Shown: positions 38,975-50,977 of the stretch, piece by piece
How positions within the stretch are numbered: the stretch's first letter is position 1
How the letters are laid out: every line of letters begins with the position of its first letter
DNA from: Vitrella brassicaformis CCMP3155
Lineage: Eukaryota > Protista > Chromerida
NCBI GenBank assembly: GCA_001179505.1
Contig: CDMY01000466.1
Span: forward strand, 186,001 to 250,000
Reading direction: 5' to 3'
DNA length: 64,000 nt
The notes under the pieces: model-generated
Databases searched by the model: none
What the model was told of the DNA's origin: nothing
What the model saw: the letters and a program-made list of their open reading frames with translations, nothing else
Translations under genes and position numbers: made by a program

Positions 38975-39824
38975 TCAGCAGCAGCAGAAGCGCTTTGTCT
39001 TGGGGCCAGCGGCTCGTCGTACGGGCGGCTCATAGACGTAGTAGGGGTAGCCGTGCAGGTAGGGGTAGTACTGGGGAGGGTATCCTGCACCTGCATAAGT
39101 GGCGGGATAGCTGCCGTAGCCGGGATGGCTGCCGTAGCCGTAGGCGCCATACGCTCCGGGATAACCCTGCATGTACCCTGCACACACCGCACCGCACCAG
39201 ACACCACACACCAGAGAGAAGCACGACAGACAGGCAAATCATCCGGTAGGCCATTCTTGGATTGGATGCGTTTCAGATTCTTTTCTCACCGGCCATAGCA
39301 GCAGCATGTACGTCAGCGGCGTTGCTTGCCTCTGCCATGGGTGCCATGGCCATAGCGGTGCCGGCACCCATCTTGCCCGCCTCCGTCCCATGACCCGCCA
39401 TGGTCGGCGCCCCATTCGACGCACCGGCAGCACCACCACCGCCGCCCACTCCAGCAGCAGCAGCAGTGTGTGGCCCAGCAGAGAGGCCGTAGGCCGGCAT
39501 GGGCATGGGCAGTCCGGCGGGCAGGTATGGGTATCCTCCCACTCCAGGGTGGTAGGGAGGGGGGTTGTATGAGTACGACGAGGCGGGAGAAGCCGAGGCG
39601 GCCGGCGCAGGCATCGTCGACGAGTCCATGATCCTCGGGGGAGGAGGGGGAGCTGGAGCTGTCTGCCAAATGCCTCTTCCTGCGGGGGGCGGTGCTGGTG
39701 CTGGCGCTGGTGCTGGTGCTGCTGCTGCTGGGGGATATCGTGCGTGAATGGGCGGATGCTGAACAAGATCTGCGCGTGGTGGATCAGGGACGTAGATGAT
39801 GTGCTCAAATGACACAAACGACAT
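38975..39824 (-). CDS. Pro/Tyr/Ala/Gly-rich small protein ending in polybasic-CCC
   Basis: Two exons join in phase 1 (MAG|gtgaga...ctgtgtgcag|GYMQ). Ends ...YEPPVRRAAGPKTKRFCCC*. Confidence 0.6.
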
Positions 39825-40051
39825 GCGCGGGTAAGCACGTCGCCACACAGATCCTGACGCGCTCTTTTTGCGAGCCAGAGAAGGGTCTGCATGCTAAGCT
39901 CGCAAACTGACGCGCCTGACGCTCGAACGAAAGGCTTCCCGTGTGGCTCTCTCGACGGAAAGAGTGCGTTTGCTGTCTATTTCTTTGAGTTCGTCGCCAA
40001 TTTCGTCTCATCAGATTCTGGGGCCGCTCAGCAATGCGTGTTGCCCCGACA

Positions 40052-43000
40052 ATGCGTCGCGGCTCGTCGGCGTATGCGTCCACCATCTCTCCCCCCGACG
40101 CGGCACCCACACCCCCATCATCATCATCGTCATCAAGATCATCGTCACAGCGCCCCGATGACTCTGTCCATGCCCACCCCCTCCCTGCCCCGCCCGTCGC
40201 ACACGACGATGAGGACAACATCAGCAGCGGCCTCAACGAGACCGTCGAGGCATTCCTCGATGAGGAGGCATCGGCCTCGCCAAGACGTGTCCGAATCTCG
40301 GTCCACTCATCGGCCACTGACGAGCTCACGAGCCCCTCCTCCCCCTCGTCTCCTTTGAAGCCTGGCGCCACGCTGCCGGCCTTCCCCTCGCCCACCGCCT
40401 CGCAGTCCCCCCGCATGCATCGCCGGTCAGTGTCAGCGGCGTCCATTCACGTCAACACGAATGTGCGGCAGATCCGCTCCCCCAGACAGACAGACTCGTC
40501 CGATGACGTCGACGAGCCCTTCGAGCGGGGCATCAACAGGATCCTACGCAGCGAGGCCGACCGGCGGGCGCCCGAGCTGCTGACGAGGGGCATGTCGCGG
40601 GCCATCCTCAGGGGCATCATCTACTCGTGCAACAGGGTCGCCAGGCGCGTGTGGCGGACCAGACGGCAGCAGGGGGCAGCGGGGTGGAAGGGCAGTCGGC
40701 CTAGCGTGCCTGCGTATGATGCGGTGCCGGTGCTGGGGACACAGGAGACACTCATGGAAGAGGGTGCCTGGGAGGGCGGGGTGAGCGGACCGCCGAGGTT
40801 GGCAGTCACGTTCGCCTTCCGCAGCGTGTCCTTCGCCATCCCGCGGCGCGGGAAGCCGCCCAAGCAGATTTTGCATCCTGTGTCGGGTGTCTTCCCTGCG
40901 GGCAGTGTCGTGGCTCTCATGGGTAAGCCAAGCCAAGCGACAGATTGGGTAGCAAGGGGCGAGGTGACCATAGATGATGGGTGTGGGTGGTGTGTTGTGA
41001 TGTGATGTGCAGGTCCGTCTGGGTCAGGCAAGTCGACGCTGCTGGTGAGGGAGGGAGCAAGACAGGGCGGGACGGGACCTCTTCACACACAACGTGTCTG
41101 TCTGTCTGTCTGTCTTTTCCTTTGCGGTGTTCGTTCAGGACATCTTGGCAGGCAAGAAGAAGGGCGGCTTCGAGGGCAGTATCTACGTCAACGGCGTCCC
41201 CAGAGACAAATACTTCAGACGCATCGCCGCATACGTCCCACAGGTGAGTATACCACCGGCCCACCCCCGCCCCAATCCATGCCGGCTTCTCAACGCTTCT
41301 CTCACCGTCCTTCTGTCTGTTCATCCATCGCAGGATGACATTTTGAATCCGAATGAGACAGTGCGTGAGGTGCTGGAGTTCGCGAGCAGCCTGACGCGCA
41401 CCTATGAGGAGCAAAATGGCGTCAGCGGTGTGGAGCAGCGCCAAGAGGACCTCATGAACCTCATGGCCATGCTCGGACTCACCGACGTCGCCGACTCGGT
41501 GAGACAGAAAGAGAGGGAAGCAATGGGGTGGGTGGATGCCTCCAACATGTGTGTCTATGTCGGTGTGTCTGTGGGCAGCGCATTGGCAGTACAATGATGC
41601 GTGGCATCTCTGGCGGTCAGCGGCGGCGGGTCACTCTGGGCAAGGCACTCGTGTCCGACGCCGCACTCGCCTTCTGCGACGAACCCACGTCAGGTCGGTG
41701 AGGAACTAGACAGACAAAGACAAAACACATGTGCCGTCTTCGATTCGTGTGTATGTGTGTATGCGTGTGTCAGGTTTGAGCGCTGCTGATAGTGAGCTCG
41801 TGATGCAGGCCATACAGAACATCGCCAAGGTACACACACACATCCACACAACAACACACACACACACGACCAGTCCATTAGTGTATCGCCATCTTTGTAT
41901 GTGTATTGACTTCAGGTAGCGAGGGTGACCTTTTTCGTGGTGATCCACCAGCCGCGTGTGGAGGTCTTCCAGCGGTTCGATCACGTCATGCTCCTCGCAC
42001 AAGGACGCGTCGTCTTCTCGGGGCCCCCACACGCTGCCGCACCGTACTTTGAAAAGAAAGGTATGTCGGTGAAGGAGACACACAGACACACAGACAGGCA
42101 CGCGAAGCGAAGCACACCGACACATGAATGTTGCTTGGGTGTCTCAGGTTTCATTCTCCCGCCACACACGAATCCGGCCGACTTCTTCCTGGATGTGTTG
42201 ACGCCTGGCCGCGATGGCGCCGCTCCCGACCTGCTCGCCCAGGAGTTCCGGGACAACGAGGCAGCCAAGATGGAAAAAGTACGCGCATCGGACGAGAGGG
42301 TAGAAGGCACGTATTGACGCACCTGTGTGTGTGTATGACTGTGTGATGATATCAGGAGGTGTCTCAGTCGATCGCCGGCGAGATGGCTCGACACCCGAGG
42401 CTGTCAGAGCTGCTCGAGTGCCTCCCAAGGACCACGCGAGACAAACGGTGAGGACACACGCTGCCTGCAGGGATGCACCCACCCACACACCGACCATACC
42501 TCTGGACGTTTCTCCTCTGCGTGTGTGAGCTTGATGAATCCATTTCACAGGTACGTCAAGTCGTCCCTGCAGCAGTTTGCCCACCTGACGCGTCGCGGGC
42601 TGACCCTGGCGCTGAGGGACCGGGAGACGGCCCTCACCATCCTGTGCAACTGCATCCTAACGGCACTGCTCATCGGCGTGACCTTCTGGCATGTGCGCAT
42701 CGACAGACCCGTGCTGTACCATCTGTCAGCCGCCCTGATGATCAACATGCCCATCAAGCTGACGGCCCTGTCCAACGTGTCGCTGCTGATCGAGCAGCGA
42801 GGTCAGTTCTTCACTGAGAGCAGCGACGGCTGGTACTCCCCCCTCCCCCACATCGCGGCTCAGCTGCTGACGTCCAACATATTGCCGCTGGTGGGCAACA
42901 CGCTGCTGTGTGTGATATGCTGGGCGTGTCTGGCCTTCGAGTGGCGGCACTTTCCCTTTTTTCTGCTCATCAACCTGCTGGGCTACCTCGTGAGCGACGC

Positions 43001-43946
43001 GTGTGTCAACCTGGCGGCTGTGCTGTCGTCCAACGTGCCGATGGCGGCGTCGCTGGGCGGCGTCATGCTCGGCATTCCCGGCATATTCAACGGATTCAAT
43101 GCCAACCCACGGTGAGCATGCACAGCAGACGACAGGGGACGATGGATGGGTGGGTGGGCGGGTGGAGGGATCGAGATGGACATGTTTGTAAACTAACTAA
43201 GCGTGTCTCTCTCTGTGTGGTGTGTTGCATCATTCCATCAGGTCTATGCCTCGTTGGCTGGGGTGGATTTGCTATACGTCGCCCTTCTTCTACGTCTTCG
43301 AGGGGTGCGTCATTGAGCTCTTCAACGACTACCAATTCAAAGTGGTCGGTCAGCCAGACACACCGACATCATGTCTGTGACAATGTTGGTGTTTCAGACT
43401 GACGAGTTTGGAAGCGCCGAGGCACTGTACTGTTTCTACGGCCTGGCGGGCCGCCACTCGTGCAACCCGGTCACCCCCAGCCAGGCGGCACTCCGCCTCC
43501 TGCTCGCCACCCAATGCCCTCAGGTCGAAGCGTCGCTCCCATACTCACTCGCATCACTCAATCGCACGGTGGCTGACGCATCACTCCCAATGAATGCCAC
43601 GGACTTCAGCAATGAGGCACCGTTGATCGATGGCGGATTCAACGAGACGACACTCAGCAGTGGGACCGGAGAGCTGCTGCACAATGTGACTGCGTCTCTA
43701 TCTGGGGTCATGAACACCACCGCGACATTCGCCGGGCAGGCGGCAGCGTCGTTCTCGGGAGATGTGTGTGGGGAATTGGTGGCCATGATGGCGCGCGCGG
43801 TGGACGTCGGGAAGGGGGGCGGTGGCGGGATGCCAGCCCATGTGTACAAGTGGGTAGTGGACGCGGCTGTGTTGGCGGGTATGTGGGTGGTCCTGAGGCT
43901 GCTTGTCGCCTTTTATCAGTCGTTCTTTCTCAGAGTCAAGAGATAG
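40052..43946 (+). CDS. ABCG: ABC transporter G family half-transporter (White-like, NBD-TMD)
   Basis: Walker A GPSGSGKSTLL, Q-loop AYVPQDD, signature ISGGQRRRV, Walker B FCDEPTSGL, H-loop VIHQP, followed by a hydrophobic TMD. Confidence 0.95.
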
Positions 43947-44109
43947 GGAAGAGAGAGAGAGCGTATGTGTGTACAGTGATTTTTCGTCGTGTAGTGTACA
44001 TACATATATATGAAGCGTCTGCGTGTACAGTCCACTTGTGTATTTGTCACGATGCAGACACCCACTTTTCCGTTGTCATTGACTGACTTTTTCAATCCAT
44101 TTGCATGCA

Positions 44110-47100
44110 TGCATCATAGTCTCATCGAGGGGGCGGCCCCCCAGTCTCTCGAATTCCTCGCCTGGTCCCCCGTGGCTTGCCTCTCCGCTGGTCGTCATGA
44201 ATCAGGCGCCTCGTCCTCTCGCGGTACCGTGTTTCATTCCTGTGCTGACCGGCATGCAGATGTTGTCGAGGCCATACGGGGTACAGAATGAATGTTGTGC
44301 GCCATGAGATCCTCACCCATCTGATTGGTACGCACGTCACGTACGCCTCTGTCAGGTCGCCACAATCAGCCTCAATGACATCGAGGATCTGTTGCTGCAC
44401 TCCCTCGCCTTCTCGGCTTCGGTCTGCCGCCCCATCATGAACCAACTCACACACTTTCTAGGGGTCAGGCGCTCAACTGGCGAGGAGATCACGGCGAGTC
44501 GGGCGTCAAGCGACGCCGGCAGCGGTGCTGCCAAGGGAAGTCGGCGGGAGATGGATGACACACGGGTACGAAAAATGCTGGGGTCCGGAGCCTCAGTTGA
44601 TCATTGGTGCTTGTTCCCTTTGCGCAGGTTGAGCTGCGAATGCTGCTGCGTGAACTCTACTTCACGCCTCTTTGCCAACTCAATGTCAGCGCCTGGAGTG
44701 ACTTACTGCCGGACGTGTACCTCAATCACTCGTGCCGGGACAATCTGCACGCATTCGTGTCGGCTGTGGCTGTCGTTGCCAATGGATGGCTGAGGTATCA
44801 CCGCATCCAAAGCTCTCTTCTTGTATGTTGTGAGTGGTCTGTTTGCCCGTGCAGTGTGGAGGCCGTGGCTGACCTCCGACGTTCATATGATCTGCATGAA
44901 AGGCAAGCCAGCCAGAGAAAACAGTGTCAAGATTGCCTGTGTGATGGGTGTGCGCGTGCACAGGGAGGCCTTTCATAAGTACCTCGTGTGTGGGATGAAG
45001 CTGACAAAGAGCGTCGTCAACCACGCCCTCCGAATGTGCGACCGCGTCCTGAGCACACCCCTCTTCAATGACTGGGCGGCGTGGCACCTACACAAGTCAA
45101 ACGACCTCCTCGCATACACGTACGTACGTACCCATGCGGACAGAGACACATGTACCATTCATTCCCGGTTGCGCTGTCAGGCAGGAGACGCCCACAGAGA
45201 CAATTGGCTTTGTCCGTCTCGGGGAGTTCCTTTTCCTGGCGTCTAACTCTCTCCGCTACCGTGACCTGATTGAGCGAAACGCTGTCCCGCAGCTGCGGTG
45301 AGCTGACGTGTGTTTCTTGTCACAAAGACCGGCATTCATGTCTCCCGTTGTCTCTCTGTGCGTGTGTGCAGTTTGGCAACCACCAAGTCGTCGAGTCCCT
45401 CCATAGTCTACGACTGGACAGAGCAGCCGATGAGAGGCGTCTTCAAAATATACGACGTCGACAACTTCGAGCACATCATCAGCCCACAGGAGGAGCACCT
45501 GCAAGCAGCAGCAGACGAGGAATACAGAATACGGAAGCGCGCAGGTGGACAGCCGGGTCCCCCTCTGCTCGGCAACCTGAAGATGGCCGCCGCCATCCAC
45601 CGCCCAGCCAGCTCAAGCGGCATGCTTCTCTCCAGCAACTTCACCGCTGCCCGTTCCAGCGGGCCGCTGACCCCCACTGATGCGTCCAGGCAGAGCCGGG
45701 CGACGCTGCGGCAGAGGGTCCGAATGGCCGTGGAGGAGCCCAAAGAAATAGAAGAAGTCCTGGACAGGTGCGAGCTCATACACGAGAGGGGAGATGCGTG
45801 TCCTTTTTCTCTGTCTTCAGGATGGCATCATCCCATATAGGGCCTCGCGAGCTGAGGCGTATCGGCCTTACCCGAGCTGAGTTCGAAACCCTCTTACGAG
45901 ACCGAGAAGTGACCCAAATGATCAAAGTAAGCAAAAACAGGAGATCTGGGGTGTCTCATGCCTCCTCCTGTGCAGCACATTCAAGAGGACAAGCAGGCCG
46001 CATTCCACGCCCGAAGGGGGTGGGATGAGCGGGCAAAGACATTACAGCTCTCACACCAAGCGAGCCGGGTCGCAGGGAAATCAACCGATGATCTGGTTGG
46101 CCAGAGAGACATGTCAAAAGCCTCCCCAAATCGCGCTTGTCTTCCATGCAGACTGGCATTGATCTATTTCGCCGGATCGCTCAGAAAGTCATCGACCTCC
46201 GGAGGCAAGCCGAAGACGGATCCGGTGGACCTACTGTCGGCCTCAGCCAGGCCCTCTCGCAGAAGGGAAAACAGGACGCAGATGAGGAGCAGACGCGGCC
46301 GATGACCGCCCTCATGAAGAGACGCCACACTCTGTGGAAGGAGCATGAGGAGGGCCAGGGGCGGCCAGCTACCGCGCCCGCCGCAGACAAGGGCAGGAGG
46401 GAGCGTCGATCGCACCCATCTGCATGGGCGCGGCAGCCTGTCGGAGTCTCAAGGAACCCAAGGCAGCTCAACCAAAAGAGACATCAGGTAGCGAGGCGGG
46501 TATGTACGCACGCCCACACCTATAGGTGTGTCTGTGTGTGTCAGGTGATGATGTCCCAAGGCAGCCCACAGCAGTGTGCAGCCCAGCAGACGCTGCAGAA
46601 CCTCCAAACAGCCCGCCTCCAGCGCAAGAGGCGGCCCCCCATGTCGAGACACGACCTTCGCTTCTCGATCACTACCGCCCCCCTCACTCGACAATTTTCG
46701 CACCTGCCCACAGCCCCCCTGTCACGCCAGCCAACCGTGCAGCGACCCCTAGAAGAGGACCACCGGCCAACGGACAGTACCCCACAGCCACAGAAGACCA
46801 GGAAGAGGGTGGGCCTGCTGCCGCCTCACCCGGTCGCATCGGCAAAGCCCGGTCCCAAGGTGCGGCGTGAGCGCTACGGAGTGGTGGACGCGCAGAGGCA
46901 GGAGGGGGTGCCCATCGCCTTTGAGGATGCGCTGAGAATAGGGCGCTTCGAGGGGCCGGACGCCCACGAGGCGCTCACGCCTGATGACGTCGAGTTCTTC
47001 AACATCCTCGATACGTGAGAAAAAAGTGATATCTGCCGTGCTTATAGGATGTCTTCCGGTCCCTGGCCCTTGATCTTAGGCTGGAAGACTCATCTCGCCG

Positions 47101-47323
47101 GATGCTGCGCGTCAGAATTCTGCCTCGGGAAAGCGAGAAGAGGAAGCAGCGCCCCACCAGTGCCGCCAGTGCACCGGTGCGGCCGTCCACTCCTTTGCTA
47201 ACCACACGAGTGCCAAAGGAAGGTGACAAGAGCATTCCACGGCTTTACTGGAAGGTTGGCAGCAAGGGACGGCAGTCACGGCCGCAGACGGCAGCTGCAG
47301 AGAAAAGAACAGATACAGTGTGA
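44110..47323 (+). CDS. Hypothetical multi-exon protein, unknown function (basic/Pro-rich C-terminus)
   Basis: Coding-like spliced blocks (ORFs 44392, 44604, 44821, 45310, 45768, 45958, 46137, 46526, 47102). No recognisable domain; the 5' end is unresolved. Confidence 0.5.
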
Positions 47324-47431
47324 GAGATCCTCCGAGAACACAGAGGCCTTGAGATGATCATGAGACATACGAACAGTGACGTACACACAGGTACACGTAA
47401 GGGATTCATCATGTGTCGTCAATGCGTCCAA

Positions 47432-48831
47432 TCACACCACAGAATGCCCGATGACTCGACCGTCAGTGGTGGATGCCGTCTCACTGCGGCTAGACGCCCC
47501 TGCCATGAAGTTCCTTGCAAACCACGAGTCTTCCTTTGCAGGAGCCACACTACCGCCCCCTCTTGCTTGTCCCTTTTGTGGTGCGGCATTGGGGAGTGTG
47601 GCCATCACAGCATCAGCACCTGGAGGGGGGGGGGGGCAAACAGTGAAACTGTAGGTGCCATGCCAACACTGGAGAAGTTTGACCCCCGCAGCACCTTTGG
47701 GCTCGTTGCGCTCGTCTTCGAACTGAGCGTACCTTCGCTGCTGCGCACAGAAGGGACATGGACCGCGTTAAGGGGAGGTGAGATGGTTGTGGTGCGCCGC
47801 CTATCAAGTTAGTACTTGCTCACTCTATTGGCATAGGATTCGGTCATCTTGCCGTAGATGAGGGCTGCACAGAGACCTGTCGCAAGACCTGTCAGGTCAT
47901 CTGACAAACACACGGAGAGAGACACGGACAAAGGGGGGGATGCGTCGTCTCTGCACATGGCAAGAATGCCTTACCTTGCCAACTGACGCGTGGGTCCTTT
48001 GGGAAGGCGCCTTGGAGAATTCCGAAGTACAGCAAGCCCCCCAACACAAACAGCTGATGGACGGAAAACGAGAAGAAACACATGGCGACCGAGCATAGTC
48101 GTATGAGGCTTCTGTCTCCCTCCTATTGCGTGGCTTTCTTACTGCCAGATTGACGATGCGAAAAGGCTTCTCAAAGAATACGATAGTGAGAAGGTACCCG
48201 AGGAGAGCGAACACAACGCCGTTCATACCCTGACACGATCGAGACGGGAGATGGGCGAGAGACACAAGCCTTCCACGTGCGCTCACATGTGCTGAGGGAC
48301 GTGGGCCTGTGCGTACGTACCGTGTGGACATGTGGGCTTCCGACAACCCACAAGAAGAATCCGCCGACCACCCAACCGAAGATAAAGGCATACACCCACT
48401 GCACAAATGAACGCCACAAATGCAGCTCAGCTGCAGAGACAGACAGACAAGACAGACAGACAGACAGACAGACGAAAGAACACGCATGCATACATACATC
48501 CCTGTAATCACGGGCTCGTGTGGTGACTGTCGTTGCCTACTGATGATGGCCAGCATGAGGGCGTTGACGGCAGCGTGCTCTGGTGATGCATGTGCTAGTG
48601 GTGCGGTGAGGATGCCGCCGAGCGACTCGCCTCTGCGTGGCCTGATGCCGCCGAACTTCATGTTGGCCATCACAGGAATCCATATCGCCTGAGGCAACGG
48701 GGTGAGTGAATGGTTGGCAGGGTCCGCGTGTCCGCATACACGGTGCTTTTTACCAGTTGGAGGACTGCGTGCACGGCCAGGTGCCCCTTGATAGTGCGTC
48801 CGAGGCTTGAAGACCCTGATGACCCTTCCAT
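47432..48831 (-). CDS. Bacterial-type rhomboid-family membrane protein, predicted catalytically inactive
   Basis: Spliced: GGIRPRRGESLGGILTAPLAHASPEHAAVNAL...WVVGSPHVHT|GMNGVVFALLGYLL...FEK...PRVSWQ|DDLTGLATGL. This aligns to the bacterial rhomboid pattern GI.PR..GL.GI..AP..H...HL..N / GASG / SWEGHL.G. Confidence 0.75.
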
Positions 48832-49036
48832 TTCGCCAAAGATTGCCCCTTGCGAGCTGAAGTCTCAGACGGGAGCCCCAACTCAGGCCCCCACCCCTCG
48901 CACGCTAAACGAGGTTTCTCTCCCAGTTGGCCAAGTCGGGTGCACCGGTGTCAGTGTGTGGCGCGCAGAGGGGCCCGCTCTGCAGTAGTGTGGTCATTTT
49001 GGAGCCCCGTCTATCGAAGAAAGAGATTCGAGGACA

Positions 49037-50304
49037 ATGGGCCAAATCAGTTCGTGTTGCCACGTCGACGAGCAGCAGCGAGGCACAGGGGCCACATACA
49101 TCGGTATGTATGATGAAGAGGGTGGAGAAGGAGAGCCAGTACATCACATGTATGGCCCTGTGTGACGTCACGAGTGCCGTGCAGAGGTCCCCCCGAATGC
49201 GCCTGAGCAGCCATCGGTGAAGGGCCCGACCATCGCCTCTGAGGATATTGGCGGCAATGCAGACGTGAACGGTGACAAGGTACCATGCAAGGCAGCTGGC
49301 CATCCAGATACATACATACATGCACGCACCCTTGCCCTCTCTGTTCGGAATCCTCTCTTTCAGGGTCTTCTAGATGGTACGCCACGCCCCCTCACTTAAA
49401 TCGCCTCACGGTGGCTGCCATACACCCACCTCTCCGTCTGTCTGTCTGTCTGTCTGTCTTGCACCAGCTCGGCATCAAACGATATCCTTCCCGCAGAGCA
49501 CACTCATCAGCACACAGGGAGCGGTCCGTACGCACACAGTTGCACCAGCAGCCTCTGACACATATGTGATGTGTCTGCCGTTGTTGCCCCTGCTGTCCAG
49601 TCGTCAGCCGGTGCGACTGAGTTGACGCCCGAGCTGCAGGCCTTCCTTCGTATCGCAGAGGCGGACGGCACCAAGATCGTAGTCCTCCTGCACGTAGGCA
49701 CATGACATGAGACAGGAGAAGGTCTGGGGGTGTGGGTGAGGGGGTGTGGGTGTGGGTGTTTGTGTGTGTGTAGGGCGGCAAGGACGTGGAGTGTCTGTTG
49801 AGACTAAGGATGGAGGACAGGGTCATCGTCATCTCCACGGACGTCAGCAAATACACACAAGCAAGCGAGACATCAACATCCACCCCACCTCTTTCCCTGC
49901 TCTGTCGCTGTCGCTGACTGCGTATGTGGCCTCTCTCTCTCTCTCTCTCTCGTGTGGTGGCTGCGTGTGCAGGTGAAGAACCGTGAGGTGCCGATATCGT
50001 CGCTGAAGGGCGTACTCTCGGGGGAGAACCAGCTCAAAAAAGTCGAAATCGACGCCGACCTAGAAGCAGCCACGTATGTGTCTCTCTCACCAGCTAAGCT
50101 TACGTGTTGTGTTTTGTTGTGTGTCGGTTTGTTGCGTGTGTGTGCAGTTGCTGTGCGTTGTATTTGCGTGAGGGTGCGTGCATCCCCATCAAGTTCATGG
50201 AGAGCCAGCACAAGGACCTCTTTGTCGACCTCCTCCGGCACCTCCTCGCCGTACAAAAACAAAAGGAACAGCAGCAGCTCAAGGAACAGGCGCAGGACGA
50301 ATGA
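49037..50304 (+). CDS. ISP: IMC sub-compartment protein (ISP family; PH-like fold, N-terminal acylation motif)
   Basis: N-terminus MGQISSCC. Eight exons in frame, including a 13-nt micro-exon at 49364-49376. C-terminal GTKIVVLLHGG..ECLLRL...VKNREVPISSLKGVLSGENQLKKVEIDADLEAATCCALYLREGACIPIKF...KDLFVDLL matches the apicomplexan ISP core. Confidence 0.85.
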
Positions 50305-50977
50305 CTCATGAGTGAGTGGATGGATGCATGACACGCCGACTGACGACAGACGCAATCAGAAAAGGTGGTTGGCTGGGTAGGCAGTGGGGGTATTTTGCCG
50401 TGCAGGTGGACGGATGGATGGATGGACGGACAGATGCACGTGTGTGTGGGTGGGCGAGTGCGCGAATGCATACACACCAACCAACGTACATAGCACCGAC
50501 TGGAGTGTGTCGTGCCGATTGTCTTGTCGATCGATGGCCCGACGCCCCGGAACTACACATACGTCCACCCACCCACCATATGTATGATAGTCCATCCAAT
50601 CCACTCAATGTGTCTGACAGATCCGATCCGTGTCATCCCGCTTGGCCTGGCTGTGCTTCACACAGGGGACGCATTGCGCCACACATACACACACACATAT
50701 GCATGCCTACACCCAGCGCGGCGTGCATATCGTCAATCGGGGAGGGAGCTGACCTGACACAGATAAATAGTAGCCTCTCGCACCCATCCCAACCCCTACT
50801 CACACGACCAGCTCGCTGCACACACCACCACCTCTCTAGCACCTAGTGACAAAACCACCCACTGCCCAACATGTCGGTCTGTCTGTCTGTGTGCCTGCCT
50901 TCGTTCCCACACACAAACCGACAAGTCCTCTCCATGCGGGGACGAAAAAGACCCGCACAGCCCTCTCTGCGTCGTGT

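Noticed and set aside
48905-49321. Hydrophobic minus-strand ORF that looked like a rhomboid N-terminus
   Set aside because: It is the antisense of ISP exons 1-2; the rhomboid has its own ATG at 48831.
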